Shown piece after piece: positions 62,881 to 64,000 of a stretch of DNA of 64,000 bases. A program made the position numbers and the translations under genes. The first letter of the stretch is position 1, and each line of letters starts with the position of its first letter. The DNA is from Sphyrna mokarran. Taxonomy: Eukaryota. The notes below the pieces were generated by a model. The model did not search any database. It had not been told where the DNA came from and was given only the letters and a program-made list of their open reading frames with translations. The stretch spans positions 24,614,001 through 24,678,000 of the forward strand of contig JAGIQG010000024.1 in assembly GCA_024679065.1 (NCBI GenBank), in the 5' to 3' direction.

Positions 62881-63571
62881 TTTGAATAATAAGGTCTGAA
62901 TAGGCTTCAATTCTGAATGAGCGTTTTTTACAAATGGCAAATAAAAATGTGTATTTTCTTAAGATTTGCAATGCTAGTCATGATCTGAACCTTCAGCATT
63001 GGGTAAAATTGAACCCCATCTTTACCCTTCCTTAAAGTTAAAAGCACTGGAGAGATGGACATGCTAACAAGAAACTTTATTCTGCATCTTCTAAATGTGA
63101 AATGGCCATTCCATTTCAGTAGATAATGGTTGGCAAATCTATTCAGAACTGCCCCATTGGAGAGAAGGAGCTGCGGGTATAGAACTGTTGAAGAATTCCT
63201 TTCTTAGATCAGATAAAAAGTAATATCACTAAATATAAAGACACTCAAAATCCACAACATTGTTCATGTTACTTGAGTTTGAGAAGGATGCAGAAGCACT
63301 TTACTGTGAAGCAACATATGTGACAACATGTTGGACTATAACATGGCAAACTACCCTCTCCTGTTGCATTGCCTATCTTTGCAGTTCTTCACACTGCAAA
63401 TAAATTACTGATGTGAAAAAAAATGCAAAAGTTTTCAGATAGTTATTACCTGCAGTCATTTCGCTGGATCGCTAGTCACTTCACTGCTTAGTTTAATTCT
63501 AAATTTCACATTTATAAATAGTTTTAACAAAGTTTTGAGGTGACGATACCTTGTCATTTAGAACCAAAATC

Positions 63572-63872
63572 TTAGAATCCCTACAGTGCAGAAGGAGGCC
63601 TTTTAGTCTATTGAGTGTGCACCAACTGCAATCCCATGAAGGCCCTATTCCTGTAACCCCACTTGTTTACCCTGCTAATCCCCTGACACTAAGAGGCTAT
63701 TTAACATGGTCAATCCACCTAACACACACACATCTTTGGAATGTGGGAGCACCTGGAGGAAACCCACGCAGACCCAGGGAGAATGTGCAAACTCCACACC
63801 AACAGTGACCCAAGCCAGGAATTGAACCGGATCCCTGGCACTGTGAGGCAGCAGTGCTAACTTCTGTGCCAC
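63572..63872 (-). mobile_element. HE1-like V-SINE, full length
   Basis: tagaatccctacagtgcagaaggaggcc...ggaggaaacccacgcagac...ttgaaccggatccctggcactgtgaggcagcagtgctaac. Confidence 0.9.
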
Positions 63873-64000
63873 TCTTTGATTCCTCCTCTGTACTGCATTT
63901 CCCCATTTTCCAAGAGCTTTGTCAAATGTTAATGTCAGGAGAAAGTAGATGGAAACATGCTTAATCAAACCAAATAAATGTGCTTTGCTTCACTTGTTTC

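Overview
Non-bacterial, repeat-dense vertebrate genomic DNA, almost certainly from a shark or ray. The basis is many HE1-like V-SINEs, CR1/HER1-type LINEs, DeuSINE-like elements and Rex1/Babar LINEs; I cannot tell the species. No intact host protein-coding gene is recognisable, and nearly all long ORFs are retroelement-derived. Main contents: two young 5'-truncated CR1 LINEs back to back (56.9-58.7 kb minus, 59.4-61.8 kb plus); a decayed Gypsy LTR retrotransposon (about 47.9-51.9 kb) with nested insertions; Rex1/Babar remnants; several SINE families; many 3-bp-TSD hairpin MITEs (PIF/Harbinger-like); and Penelope-type inverted remnants carrying minimal hammerhead ribozyme motifs, one with an intact core at 29623-29659. 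A CpG-rich, TATA-like promoter with a non-coding first exon at about 43.9-44.5 kb and a candidate 155-nt exon at 4104-4258 suggest that much of the window is intron of an unidentified minus-strand gene. The best leads are a CR1 LINE whose 3' UTR appears to contain a promoter-dead V-SINE, the hammerhead motifs, SINE tail swapping, and a 61-bp templated insertion. I found no convincing evidence of a wholly new biological system. Repeat boundaries were read by eye and are approximate (about +/-10-20 bp unless TSDs are quoted). Family names come from remembered motifs, not database searches.
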